From contig CBDCTZ010000016.1 of assembly GCA_965222375.1 (NCBI GenBank), positions 1,824,001 through 1,888,000 of the forward strand: a stretch of DNA of 64,000 bases, read 5' to 3'. The notes beneath the pieces are model-generated. The model was not told the DNA's origin. It ran no database searches and was given only the letters and a program-made list of their open reading frames with translations. The position numbers were made by a program, and so were the translations under genes. Source of the DNA: Polyangiaceae bacterium. GTDB lineage: Bacteria > Myxococcota_A > Polyangia > Polyangiales > Polyangiaceae. This document shows, in pieces, positions 29,293 through 39,218 of the stretch (its first letter is position 1; every line of letters starts with the position of its first letter).

Positions 29293-29778
29293 ATGCCGCG
29301 TTTCAATGTTGAGGAAATCCTTCAGTTTGCCGTGACCATCGAGCACAACGGCGAGCGCTTCTATCGCGAGGCGGCCGCCCAGCTGGCCGAGCCGCGAGCT
29401 CGGGAGTTGTTCCTGCGATTGGCCCGGGAAGAAGTCGCGCACGAACAGCTGTTCTCGAGGCTGCTGTCGAAGGCAGGGCAGCTCGACGTGGATGTGCGTC
29501 ATAGCGAAGACTACCTGTCCTACCTGCGCGCCTATGTTGATAACGTCGCGTTTCGCCACGACGAGGCCCAGGCGCAACTGGCGAAAGTGATCGACGAACA
29601 AACGGCCATTGCCTTTGCCATGCAGCGCGAACAGGATTCCATCCTCTTCTACACAGAGCTTCGCGAACTGCTGCCTGAGGAAGAGCGCTCCACCATCAAC
29701 GAGATCATCGACGAAGAGCGTTCACACTTTCACGCGCTCGCAGAGCTGCAGAAGAAACGAAAAGTCTCGCCGAGCTGA
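29293..29778 (+). CDS. Rubrerythrin/ferritin-like diiron protein
   Basis: IEHNGERFY...EEVAH and REQDSILFY...EERSH duplicated E..ExxH motifs. Confidence 0.85.
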   Translation: MPRFNVEEILQFAVTIEHNGERFYREAAAQLAEPRARELFLRLAREEVAHEQLFSRLLSKAGQLDVDVRHSEDYLSYLRAYVDNVAFRHDEAQAQLAKVIDEQTAIAFAMQREQDSILFYTELRELLPEEERSTINEIIDEERSHFHALAELQKKRKVSPS

Positions 29779-29949
29779 ACGCCTTCCCCGCTCCAGCAAA
29801 ATCACGTGCTCGCAGGAAACGCGCGCAGAACCATCAATTATCCCGCGCTGCGCAGACTTCGCGTTGACGCACGTCAGAGACGGGATGACGCGGATCAACG
29901 CCTCGACGAGCGCGCAGTGGCAGAATCAGGAAAGCGAAGGAGGTATGAC

Positions 29950-30192
29950 ATGGCGAAGTCTGCAACAGCCGATCCGATCAGCGTCCTGAAAGCCTCCATC
30001 GCCGCGCTCGAGGAACAGGTTGCCGAGATGAAGGCTGCAACGGACGTACTCGCTGCAGCGCAGGGGCTGCCACCCGTCTACGGAGTCGTGCGGAAAGGGA
30101 CGCCGGGCCCCGAGCCTGTGAACGAGGAGTTGCCCCCCGGCAGCTTCCGACTCGACGTCGGACAGTCGTTCTCATCGGACGCAGAAGACTGA
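29950..30192 (+). CDS. Small hypothetical coiled-coil protein
   Basis: AGGAGG RBS upstream; 80 aa. Confidence 0.5.
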   Translation: MAKSATADPISVLKASIAALEEQVAEMKAATDVLAAAQGLPPVYGVVRKGTPGPEPVNEELPPGSFRLDVGQSFSSDAED

Positions 30193-30236
30193 GTCGGCTC
30201 AGGGCGCCCACGACAAGTGGCGACTTGGACTTCGCG

Positions 30237-30811
30237 CTACTGCCGCGAGCGCCATATGGGTTCGAGTAGGCCCGCATCCTGCACTTCGTCGCCCACATGA
30301 TACCGCTCGCGGAGCAACCCTTCGCGGACGAAACCTAGACCGTCGAGCAAGCGTAGGGAGCGTTTGTTGCGAGGGTCCGCATCGGCTTCGACTCGGTGCA
30401 ACTGCAGCGTATCAAAGCAAAACGCGAGCACTGAGCTGACCGCGCGTCGCGCGATGCTCTGCCCCCAGTGCTTGCGAACCCGATCTCACACCGACAGTGG
30501 TTGTGATCGAGCTGAAACACGGTGCATGTCCCCATGACCCGGTCGTCCTGTCGGGCGATGCCCCACTGGAATAGCTGGCGCTGCTCGAACCCAGAATCGA
30601 TCTCTTCCAGCAGTTCGCGAGCCTCGTCTCGGGATGGCATCGCGGTTCGACTCCAATAACGGGCGACTTCCGCATCGCCGAAGATCTCGAACATGGCCGG
30701 CACATCTCGGCTGCTCAAGGCTCGAAGGGTAACGCCACCGGCGTCCAAGGTTGGCAGTCGCGTGCCCCAGTCGTAGTCGCGGACCTTCAATGCGCCTCGC
30801 TTTTGGCTCAT
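30237..30811 (-). pseudogene. RimJ/RimL-type GNAT acetyltransferase, frameshifted
   Basis: N-part ends at CEIGFA; KHWGQSIA..LHRVEADADPRN..GFVREGLLRER continues in another frame near 30470. Confidence 0.8.
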
Positions 30812-31890
30812 GCCCTCTGGGGTGACGGGGCGCGGGCTGGACGGAACCCCCTTGCCCAGAAGTAGGCCAAGAGACAGAGCTCCAGGTAGCCGTGAAACAT
30901 AGCCAGACTCAGGTACAAGCCTCGAGTGCGATGCACGTCCCAGAAGGCGCCGATCACCACACTGAGGGCGAGCACAGCGATCAGCGCGACACCAATGGTC
31001 CCGAAATCGCGAAACAAGTCACGCATCGACATACGAAATGTCGTCGTGCCTTGTCCCGCAACGTCTTCCTGGGGCACGAGCAACAGACCCGTGGAGTAGT
31101 GCACTGACTGCAGGAAGACATAGGTCAGGGTGAGCCCCACCGCATGTGCGGGTTGGAGGCCCGGCGCGATCCAGTCCGTAACCGTGAGTAGGTGCAGCCC
31201 GAAGGAACTCACACCGTCACTCGCTTCCGCGACCTGGTAGGTGGCGGTGCTGAAGAGAACCGCCGCAAGGGCTGCGATGATCGCAAGGGGTAGTAGCGCA
31301 CTGCGCAGGCGATTCCGAAAAAGCAAGAGCCACACGCCGATGGCGATCAAGTTGTGGCAGTGCACGAAGGCGAGGCGCACCGAGAGCGGGTGCGCCCAGC
31401 AGGCATAGGCCAACGCTGCCAAGAGTGGCGCGGCTGCTAGCGCGCGGCGTGAATTGCCGGAGCTACGAGCTCCTGCCCACAGGGCGACGCCAACCCAACC
31501 GGTGGCCAGCAGCTGCTCGGTGCGCATGATGCTCTCACCGAAGAAACGCGTCTCTTCCAGCAAGCGCACGCAAATCAGGGCGATACATCCGATCCAAACC
31601 CAGGTCAGCCACAGCCTGGGCAGGCGCCGGCGCAGCACCAGGTAGCGAATGTCCGCTGCAACATGGGCAACGCCCAGCAAAACGGGGCCCAGCACGAAAA
31701 GCAGCATTGGGTACACCGCGACGATTGCGAAGGCGACGAAAGCGTGGGCAATAGCCCATAGCGCCACGCGGCGATCACGTCGGATCAAGATGGCGTGGAG
31801 CGGCGGCAGCGAAAACGCGAATCGCAGAATCGTGCGTCGCGCCACGTCCAGTGGCGCGACGACACGTTGGGCCAGGGCTTCCGCGCTCAC
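30808..31890 (-). CDS. Polytopic membrane protein with His motifs in TM helices
   Basis: About 9-10 hydrophobic segments; GVAHVAAD, HCHN, QSVHY, FHGYLE. Confidence 0.75.
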   Translation of the reverse strand: MSAEALAQRVVAPLDVARRTILRFAFSLPPLHAILIRRDRRVALWAIAHAFVAFAIVAVYPMLLFVLGPVLLGVAHVAADIRYLVLRRRLPRLWLTWVWIGCIALICVRLLEETRFFGESIMRTEQLLATGWVGVALWAGARSSGNSRRALAAAPLLAALAYACWAHPLSVRLAFVHCHNLIAIGVWLLLFRNRLRSALLPLAIIAALAAVLFSTATYQVAEASDGVSSFGLHLLTVTDWIAPGLQPAHAVGLTLTYVFLQSVHYSTGLLLVPQEDVAGQGTTTFRMSMRDLFRDFGTIGVALIAVLALSVVIGAFWDVHRTRGLYLSLAMFHGYLELCLLAYFWARGFRPARAPSPQRA

Positions 31891-31899
31891 GGGGCCGTG

Positions 31900-32334
31900 C
31901 TAACGCCTGCGGCGACCCAAAGCGATGCCCGCCAGGGCTGCTAGAACCAGCGCGGGCGTCGTGCCACCGCTTGGAGTCCGACTCACACTACAGCCACCGT
32001 CGTCGGACGAGCCGCCGGAGCTGGTGCCACCCGTGGCTGTGCCGGCTGAACCCGAAGTGCCGGAACCTCCTCCTCCCGCGCTCCCGCCGGAGCCTGTGCC
32101 TCCGTCGTCTGCCAGGCACAGGTTGCAGGGCACGATGCTGCCGTCCGGTGGCGGAAACGCCTTCGGGCATTGGGTAGCAGTGCAGATGCCCGGCGATTTG
32201 TAGTCCGGAGGTGCGTTGTTGCAGGCCTGCCCGGGTGTGGTGCAGTCGTTTGGTGGCGGTACGTCTCCCCAGGCCGCGGCCGCGAAACAGAGAGTGGTCA
32301 AGAACGCTGGAAGAGCCCACAGGGTGTATCTCAT
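31900..32334 (-). CDS. Small Cys-rich secreted protein with MYXO-CTERM sorting signal
   Basis: Signal peptide; C-terminal DDGGCSV...ALVLAALAGIALGRRRR. Confidence 0.85.
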   Translation of the reverse strand: MRYTLWALPAFLTTLCFAAAAWGDVPPPNDCTTPGQACNNAPPDYKSPGICTATQCPKAFPPPDGSIVPCNLCLADDGGTGSGGSAGGGGSGTSGSAGTATGGTSSGGSSDDGGCSVSRTPSGGTTPALVLAALAGIALGRRRR

Positions 32335-32461
32335 TTCGAAAGAATGTCGTAAGCCGACAACGGCGGCAACTGGGATGTCTCTCAGTCGTCGTCGAAGCGA
32401 GGTAACCACCCGTCCGGCGAAAGAGTTGCGCAGGCCACGCGGTCCACCGCTGCGCGGCGAA

Positions 32462-33757
32462 TTACTGGGGCGTAGGCTGGTTGCAGCCGAAAACGACGTC
32501 GATGTCGTTGACCTGCTGGTTTTTCAGCTTGTCGCAGTCGCTGCCGTAGAACGTGATCTGGTTCGAGGCGGAGTCATAGTCCCAGCCGTTCTGCTTCGTG
32601 GGGTCTCGCGGAACGGATTGGTTGTCGAAAAACGCGAACACCTTGTTGGGGTCTGGCGGCGTCGAGTTGAGCTTGAAGGTGCAGCCCACGATGCTGCCCG
32701 CGATAGTACCCAAGGATTGCTGCAGCTGCGCGGCGTTGTCCGCTTGGTAGTACTTGGGGGAGCCGCTTCGTGGCACTCCGCCGGCGACGGCGAACTTGTC
32801 CATCTGCACCGGGTCGATGGCACCACCAAAGCCCACGACGAAGGTGCTGACTCCGCCCGAATGCATGGTTGCCAAGATCTGCTCGGTGCCCTTGTCGCCG
32901 CCCGCGTTGTTGCAGCCGGCTTGCTTGCCATCTGTGATCAGGACCGCGTAGTTCGCGCGGGTTGCATCTTGGAGCTCCGGTTGCTGGCTCGCCTGCTGCA
33001 TTGCCGTGTCGATGTTGGTTACGCAGGGGCCATCGGGGAATTGCGGATCGCTTTGCTTGAGGGCATCCGTCAGGAGCTTCTGGATTGCACTCTCCTTCGA
33101 GGGACCGACGGTGACTGCCGGCGCGCCTTGTCCACACTTGCCGCCGGATGTATCGGGGAACAGAATTAGGCCCCAACGGATCTGACCCTGAAAGTTCGTG
33201 GTGAGTTGATTGATCGCGGCCACGGAAAGTGTCCACTTGTTCGGCCCCGCCGGAACCAGGTTGTTCTTCAAATCGCGTCGCATGGAGCAGGAGCGATCCA
33301 GAACCAGCATCATGTTGGGTGGGACCGCCTCGATGGTGAATTCCTGCGCGCCGCAGCCGCCGCCGGGTACGCACATCTTCTTGTCGTCACAGTCCAGCCC
33401 ATCCGCGCAATCTGCCGCAGATTCGCACGTGCCTTCTGCGATGCAGTTGCCTGTCGTGCTGCAGATCTCCCCACTAGCGCAGTCCCCAGTAGCGCCGCAC
33501 TTGCCGTCCGCCACGCAGACGCCCGCCACGGAACAATACTGACCGCTTTCGCAATCCCCTTTGTCGCTGCAGGTCGTCCCTCCGCCACCGGTTCCGTTTC
33601 CACCACTGCCGCTGCTGGCTCCGGTCCCGCTCGCGCCGCCAACCGTGTTGTCTGCCGAGCCATCGCTCTCGCCACCACATGCCAGCGCGATGCCGCCCAT
33701 CATGCACGTAACTGAAGCCAGTTTCCCAAGTCGATTAAGCGTGCCCATATTTGTCAT
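32462..33757 (-). CDS. Cys-rich lipoprotein with VWA domain
   Basis: ALAC lipobox; MIDAS-like VLDRSCSM; VLITDG; TFVVGFG. Confidence 0.85.
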   Translation of the reverse strand: MTNMGTLNRLGKLASVTCMMGGIALACGGESDGSADNTVGGASGTGASSGSGGNGTGGGGTTCSDKGDCESGQYCSVAGVCVADGKCGATGDCASGEICSTTGNCIAEGTCESAADCADGLDCDDKKMCVPGGGCGAQEFTIEAVPPNMMLVLDRSCSMRRDLKNNLVPAGPNKWTLSVAAINQLTTNFQGQIRWGLILFPDTSGGKCGQGAPAVTVGPSKESAIQKLLTDALKQSDPQFPDGPCVTNIDTAMQQASQQPELQDATRANYAVLITDGKQAGCNNAGGDKGTEQILATMHSGGVSTFVVGFGGAIDPVQMDKFAVAGGVPRSGSPKYYQADNAAQLQQSLGTIAGSIVGCTFKLNSTPPDPNKVFAFFDNQSVPRDPTKQNGWDYDSASNQITFYGSDCDKLKNQQVNDIDVVFGCNQPTPQ

Positions 33758-33839
33758 GGTGCACCGAAAAGGCGATCTTGGCCACCGACACAGCCGCATC
33801 CGCACCGCGACCGGCGCTCGCCTATTGCGCACCGCCTAC

Positions 33840-34403
33840 CTAGCGCTCTGGCGCATTCCGAGGGCCGCGCCGATCATGCTGATCATTCGATGCACTACGA
33901 CGACGAACACGATCGACCACAAAGCAGCGACCAAGTCGGGGAAACCCAAGGCCACACCACCAACCAGGCACCCAGAAGAAAATCAACCTGGTCGAAAAGA
34001 TAGAACAACACTGCAGCGGGGCCGCGAGCGGCGCGCCCCGGCGCCACGCCCAGCTGACGCTTGAGCAGGCTGTAAGCATCGCTGCGGCGCCAATGCCGAA
34101 ACCGACCAGCGTCATGGCCGGCATCGAAAGACCTCGAAAGCCCTCGGCCTGAAGCCCGGGTGCAGCGGACTGCAGGCCGTAGCCGCCGGCGGCGCCCAAA
34201 GCGACCGCCAGGATCCCACGAAAGGACTTGTTCTCGCCGAACAGCGGCCGCCCGCGCAGCTGCCGACCCCTGTCGATGGGCACGGCAAGCGATCGCATCC
34301 AACCGAACTTGATGCACAGGCCGTGGAAGACCAGCCCAAGGAACAACGGTCCAAACAGAGCAGCGGCAAGAGGCAGGTCGTTCACGTCAGGAGTGCAGAG
34401 CAC
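33840..34403 (-). pseudogene. CDP-archaeol synthase (CarS-like) family membrane protein, frameshifted
   Basis: PIDRG..LFGENKSFRG in one frame; KRQLGVAPG..FDQVDF in another; break near 34075 and a second near the 3' end. Confidence 0.7.
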
Positions 34404-34466
34404 TACCCGTGGCGAAGCTTGTCAACGGAGTTGAAGGTTTCAACTTGAGCTAACATCAAGATTGCC

Positions 34467-35629
34467 ATGGCCTCTATCCTTCCTCGGCTGCTCGTGACGT
34501 TGTGCGGCGCGCTGTTAGTGATGGCTTGCGGGTTCGACTCTCGAACGCTCTCGGCTCCGCGTAGCCAGCGGGCCGCGGCGGCGAAGCTGACGCCCGAACT
34601 CGAGGACTCCCAGGCTCCCGCGTCTACGCTGCTGCGTCCCCTTAGCGTGCGCGTCTACGTGTCTCGACAACACCAGACGGAGTCTCCTGCGTGGCAGAAG
34701 CATTTGGCCGAGCGGGTCGCAGAGGCGAACAGAGTGCTGGCCGCCGAACTGGAGGCTCGGCTCCAACTCGAGCAGCCGCGCGATTGGCCGCTGGCGCAGT
34801 CCACGGAGACCCTCGACAAGAGCCTCGCCGCACTGCGCGTCTTGGACCCAGGCGAGGACGTCGATTTCGTGCTTGGGCTCGTTGCCTCCGAGCCGAAACT
34901 CTCTTTCGCCTTTCAGGAACTCGGCATCGCCCAACAATTCGGAAAGCACTTGGTCCTGCGCGGGGCCAACGATGCGCGCGAACTCGACGCGATCGAGCAG
35001 AGTTTCGGACAGCTGAGCGCCGGGGAGCGACAGAAGCTCTACCGCACGCGCCGCGCTCACAAGGGAGCGGCGGTGCTACTGCACGAATTGGCGCATGCCT
35101 GGGGCGCGCCCCACGCGCGCGATGGCCGCTCGGTCTTGAACGCTCGGTATTCGCCAAAAGGCACCGGGTTCGGGGCGGATGCCAGCCGCTTTCTCGGCGT
35201 GGCATTTCGTTTTCGCTACACCCACACGCGAACGACCACGCCATGGCTCGCGCCCTGCTCAAAGAGCTCGATCGCACGCGGAGCACGTGGGTCGCTTCCG
35301 AACGCGATGCCTTGGCGGTTCGCCTTGGCAAGTTCTTGGAAAACCCCGAGGCAGCATCCGCACAGGCCGAGCCCTCACCGGCCGCGGCGAGCGGGCTACC
35401 GGCCGAAGATCGGAAGCGGGTTGCCCTCGCGAAAGGCCAGCTATCCTCCGGCGACGCGTCCGCCGCCTGGAAGAGCGCCGAGCCCCTGTTCGAGCGCTAC
35501 CCCGACAGCTACGAGATACAGGAGCTACGCTGCAACATCGCCATGCGACGCAGCTTGCCCTACGCCAAGGTTCGCGCAGAGTGCAAGCGGTTGATGGCGC
35601 TCTCACCGGGAACCAAGGGCTGGCGTTAG
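34467..35629 (+). pseudogene. Zn-metallopeptidase-like lipoprotein with helical C-terminus; one frameshift near 35220 (decay or assembly error)
   Basis: VMAC lipobox; HELAHAWGAPH; sensible protein continues in the 34691..35629 frame (ARALLKELD..YEIQELRC). Confidence 0.7.
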
Positions 35630-35653
35630 CGGCCACCTCGCGCGCTCGAGGGC

Positions 35654-36091
35654 TCAGAAGTCGTAGGGACCGGCAGCCGCAACTCTCGCAGGCATCCAGG
35701 TCTCATGCACGTGGAGCCAGCGCAGCGGTGAGCCTCGCTTGAAGATCACGCTGGCGAGCCGTGCGTTGTCGGGTGGCGTCGACGCCAGGGCATTGCGTTG
35801 CCATTCTTCGTAGGTGGCGAGCACATGGTCTCCGAGTTCGCGCCGCACCTTGACGTTGCGGATCGCGATGCGGAAGTCGGGATTCGAGCCGCGCCCCTTG
35901 CGTACGCTGGCCACGAGGTCGTCCAGCAACAGCAATGAGCCAGCGGGTGGAATCAGGATGAACTCGGGGTCGAACCGCCTCGTGAAGCCGGTTTCAAACT
36001 CGCTTTCGACCAAGGCTCCAGAAAACCACCCCACGAAGAACTCGTGCAGGGCCTCGATCTCAGCGTGAACTTCCTCTTCAGTGGCCGTCAT
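35654..36091 (-). CDS. NTF2-like / DUF4440 protein
   Basis: LHEFFVGWF, ATYEEWQ, WLHVHETW. Confidence 0.75.
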   Translation of the reverse strand: MTATEEEVHAEIEALHEFFVGWFSGALVESEFETGFTRRFDPEFILIPPAGSLLLLDDLVASVRKGRGSNPDFRIAIRNVKVRRELGDHVLATYEEWQRNALASTPPDNARLASVIFKRGSPLRWLHVHETWMPARVAAAGPYDF

Positions 36092-36169
36092 GGAGTGCTA
36101 CTGGTCTAGCGCAGGCGCCAATCGCCATGCAAGACTGCGGAGCGCAGCGATCCGACTCCTGGGGCAAGA

Positions 36170-37738
36170 GTGAGTAAGACCGTCTTCGACTTTCAGGTTC
36201 GTACTCTGGAGTGCGCAAGCTGTGGCGCGCCCATCGAGGCTCCCAAGCAAGGCGGGCACATGCAGTGCGCCTACTGCAGCACCACCAATGTCGTCTCCCA
36301 CCGCGCCGCGGACAAGCGAGCGAACTTCAAACCGTCCATGGCCGAGGAGGTGGCACGGCTATCGCGCTTGAATTCCCAGCTGGCCAATCCCGTGTCGGGG
36401 CATATCTACGATTTGCAGCGGCGCCCCTTGGACTTTGCTCACTTGGAGCCCATGAGCGAAGCGGGGCACGCGCAGCTGAAGACGATCTGGGACCAAGCGA
36501 AACTCAGCGGCCCAGTTGCACCAGGTAGCGAACAAGATCGGCGACTGTGTTGGACGGCGTTGCGTCTCGCGGATCACTACTCGCGAGGGAGCGATGCTCT
36601 GCACGCGAGGGCTGTGCTCGAAACTGCCCTCGACCGCGTTGGCGATGCGGGCCTCTGCAACTTGATCCGATGTCGGCTGGCCACGGAAGCGGTGGCAGAG
36701 GGTGACCATGCGTCCGCGCAGGGTTGGCTCGACGAATGCGACTCCGCGCCGGAGGTCGCCGAGCTGGACAGCGCCTATCGGGAAGCCCTGGCCCAGCTGC
36801 GAAACGCAGAAGGCAATCCGGGTGGCGTGTTGGAAGTGCTTGGAAGGCGCAGCGGCGACGTTCCGATCCAGCGGGCTTTCGATTTCTCGGCAAGCTTGCT
36901 GCGCATCCATGCTTTGGAGCTGGGCGGCGCCGCGCAGGCTGCGGGGGAGGAGTTCGATCGGGCCAGTGGCAGGCACAACACGGGCAGGTTGGTGGAGGCC
37001 CTCGAAGCCCAAGGGCTGGCCCCGGGAGTCCGCGCCCGCCAAGCGCAGCGTGAAGCCGCGAAAAAGCGCGACGCGGCCGCCGCGGACGCCCGCCGAGTGC
37101 AGAACGAAGCCGCGAAAAAGCGCGCCCAGATGAACGCGCTGGCGCGCAATCGCGCCGAGCTGTCGACGGGGCTGGCTTCGTTGCCCGGCGCGCTGGCCAA
37201 GGCGCCTTTCATTGCAGCCGCGCTGATGATCGTCGTGTCCATTCCTAGGTGCACCATGGACGTCGACCCGCTCCTTGGTGTGCAGGGCTACGCGCTCTGC
37301 CCCGAAGTGTGTCAGGGCTGCGAGGGGCCGATGTGGGTCTTCACCGAGTGGCATCAGACCGGCCCCGGCGAGTACACCTCGGACGGTGCCGAGTACTACT
37401 GCATGCCGCCCAGCACCGCGGCTGTGCCCTCTCCGGAACCAATTCGCAACCAAAGCTACGAGATGAGCTGGGTCGCCGCATTCGGATCGACCTACGGTCT
37501 CTTGCTCTTGTTCGTGCTTCCCTTCGTGCCCGTCTTGGCGTTCCTTACCCACGCCCAGGCCGCGCAGAAGCGCCGCAAGCTGGATGCAGAAATTGAGGCC
37601 ATCCGTCAGGAATTAGGCGGCCCTGAACCGGTCGTGAAGCGCAAGACAGTCTTGCGGGGGCTTGCCGTCGGCGTCGGGCTGATCACTGCCGGATTCGCGT
37701 TTGCCGGCGTGCTAACCGTCGTCGCGCTTATGTTCTGA
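36170..37738 (+). CDS. Zn-ribbon, helical-repeat and TM hypothetical protein
   Basis: CASCGAP..CAYC; C-terminal TM segments; CPEVCQGC loop. Confidence 0.75.
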   Translation: MSKTVFDFQVRTLECASCGAPIEAPKQGGHMQCAYCSTTNVVSHRAADKRANFKPSMAEEVARLSRLNSQLANPVSGHIYDLQRRPLDFAHLEPMSEAGHAQLKTIWDQAKLSGPVAPGSEQDRRLCWTALRLADHYSRGSDALHARAVLETALDRVGDAGLCNLIRCRLATEAVAEGDHASAQGWLDECDSAPEVAELDSAYREALAQLRNAEGNPGGVLEVLGRRSGDVPIQRAFDFSASLLRIHALELGGAAQAAGEEFDRASGRHNTGRLVEALEAQGLAPGVRARQAQREAAKKRDAAAADARRVQNEAAKKRAQMNALARNRAELSTGLASLPGALAKAPFIAAALMIVVSIPRCTMDVDPLLGVQGYALCPEVCQGCEGPMWVFTEWHQTGPGEYTSDGAEYYCMPPSTAAVPSPEPIRNQSYEMSWVAAFGSTYGLLLLFVLPFVPVLAFLTHAQAAQKRRKLDAEIEAIRQELGGPEPVVKRKTVLRGLAVGVGLITAGFAFAGVLTVVALMF

Positions 37739-37982
37739 CTGTCCGCGCGTCTCAATCAAAGCGCAGCGCCAGCGGCTGAGCGAAGCGGCTCGAGCACGCC
37801 CTTTCAGCATCGCTTCGTACTTCCCGAAGCAGGTATACACGCCCATCCGATGCGACGTCGTGGTCGTCTGGACTTCCGCGATCCGCTGTCCGGACATGGC
37901 TTCGGCTGCCAGCAAATGTCGGCTGTTTCTCCGCTGTTCCTTGGGAAACGCCTTTGGCCTCGAAGTTGCTTAGTCATCGAGT

Positions 37983-39197
37983 ATGAAGCGCTCGATCCCC
38001 CTCAGCCTCGTCGCCGTTGCGCTCCTGTTCGGTTGCGCTGCGACGAGCACCGAATCGGAGCCGCATCCGGCCAACCAGCCCGCGGGACCCACGAATCCCG
38101 GACCCACGAACCCAGGCCCCACCAATCCCGGGCCCACCAATCCCGACCCGAACCCCACCGATGATCCTCAGGCGCAAGCGAAGTTCGATGCCTTGATCAA
38201 GAGCTTCGAAGAAAAGCTCGCTGCCAATGGCACACCTGGTGGCGCCGTTGCGGTCTACTCCGGGGGGAAGCTCTACGCCCAGGGCGTCGGCGTACGCAAA
38301 CAAGGCTCAGCCGAACCCGTCACCCAGGACACCTTGTTTGCGATCGGCTCGGTGACCAAGCCCGTGACCGCAACCGCGCTGATGACCTTCGTGGAAGAAG
38401 GCGCGTGGAGCGTGGGTCAGAGCCCGACAGACAAGATCCCAGAATTCGTCGTCAGCGGACCCTGGCCCACGACCTCGGTAACGAGCGGCCAGCTCATGGC
38501 CCACACTTCGGGCTACCCGAACTATGCCGATGACAACTACGACCCATTCGGCGATGCGGCGCCGGATGCCATCAGTCGGTATTTGACCTCCTACAACCAC
38601 CTCAAACTCGACTTCCAACCCGGTTCGAGTTGGAACTACTCGAACTTCGGCTACGCTGTGCTTGGCCTGCTGGTCGAGCGCCTCGGCGGAGCGCCCTACG
38701 CGGATGTCGTCACCGAGCGCGTCCTGAAGCGAGCAGGGCTGCCCACGGCCACGTTTTCGTACACCGAAGCCGAGAGTCGCGATCACGCGGCACCGCACCT
38801 GAAGTACCAAGGCGCCGTCGAGACCTACCCTCTCTACACATCGCCCTTCTATCAACCCTTCGGCGGGTTGTTTGCGAGCGCCGTGGACCTCGTGACGCTG
38901 GCGCGCGCTTATTTCCCAGGCAGCGGCGTGTTCGCACCACAAACCGTGGAGCGCATGCTCAGCGACGAATACGGCGGCTACATGGGTCTCGGCTGGTTCC
39001 TGATCGCCTCGCCCGCTGGCACCATCGCGCACCACGGCGGCTCCCAGGGCGGCTACTTGACCTCCTTGTACTTTGCTCCACAAAAAGGCTTCGCCGTCGC
39101 CGTGCTCATCAACGCCGACTGGGACGACCGCCCCATCGCCGAAACCCCGGTAGAGGCCGTCCAGGCATTTCTAGGCGTAACGATCCCAGCTCAGTGA
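37983..39197 (+). CDS. Serine hydrolase, beta-lactamase class C-like lipoprotein
   Basis: LFGC lipobox; SVTK, LMAHTSG, YSN, HGG motifs; (GPTNP)x4 linker. Confidence 0.9.
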   Translation: MKRSIPLSLVAVALLFGCAATSTESEPHPANQPAGPTNPGPTNPGPTNPGPTNPDPNPTDDPQAQAKFDALIKSFEEKLAANGTPGGAVAVYSGGKLYAQGVGVRKQGSAEPVTQDTLFAIGSVTKPVTATALMTFVEEGAWSVGQSPTDKIPEFVVSGPWPTTSVTSGQLMAHTSGYPNYADDNYDPFGDAAPDAISRYLTSYNHLKLDFQPGSSWNYSNFGYAVLGLLVERLGGAPYADVVTERVLKRAGLPTATFSYTEAESRDHAAPHLKYQGAVETYPLYTSPFYQPFGGLFASAVDLVTLARAYFPGSGVFAPQTVERMLSDEYGGYMGLGWFLIASPAGTIAHHGGSQGGYLTSLYFAPQKGFAVAVLINADWDDRPIAETPVEAVQAFLGVTIPAQ

Positions 39198-39218
39198 CGC
39201 TTGGTCGTCGCCGCGGCC

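Noticed and set aside
35200..35235. Programmed ribosomal frameshift in the metallopeptidase gene
   Set aside because: No X XXY YYZ slippery heptamer seen; mutation or assembly error is simpler
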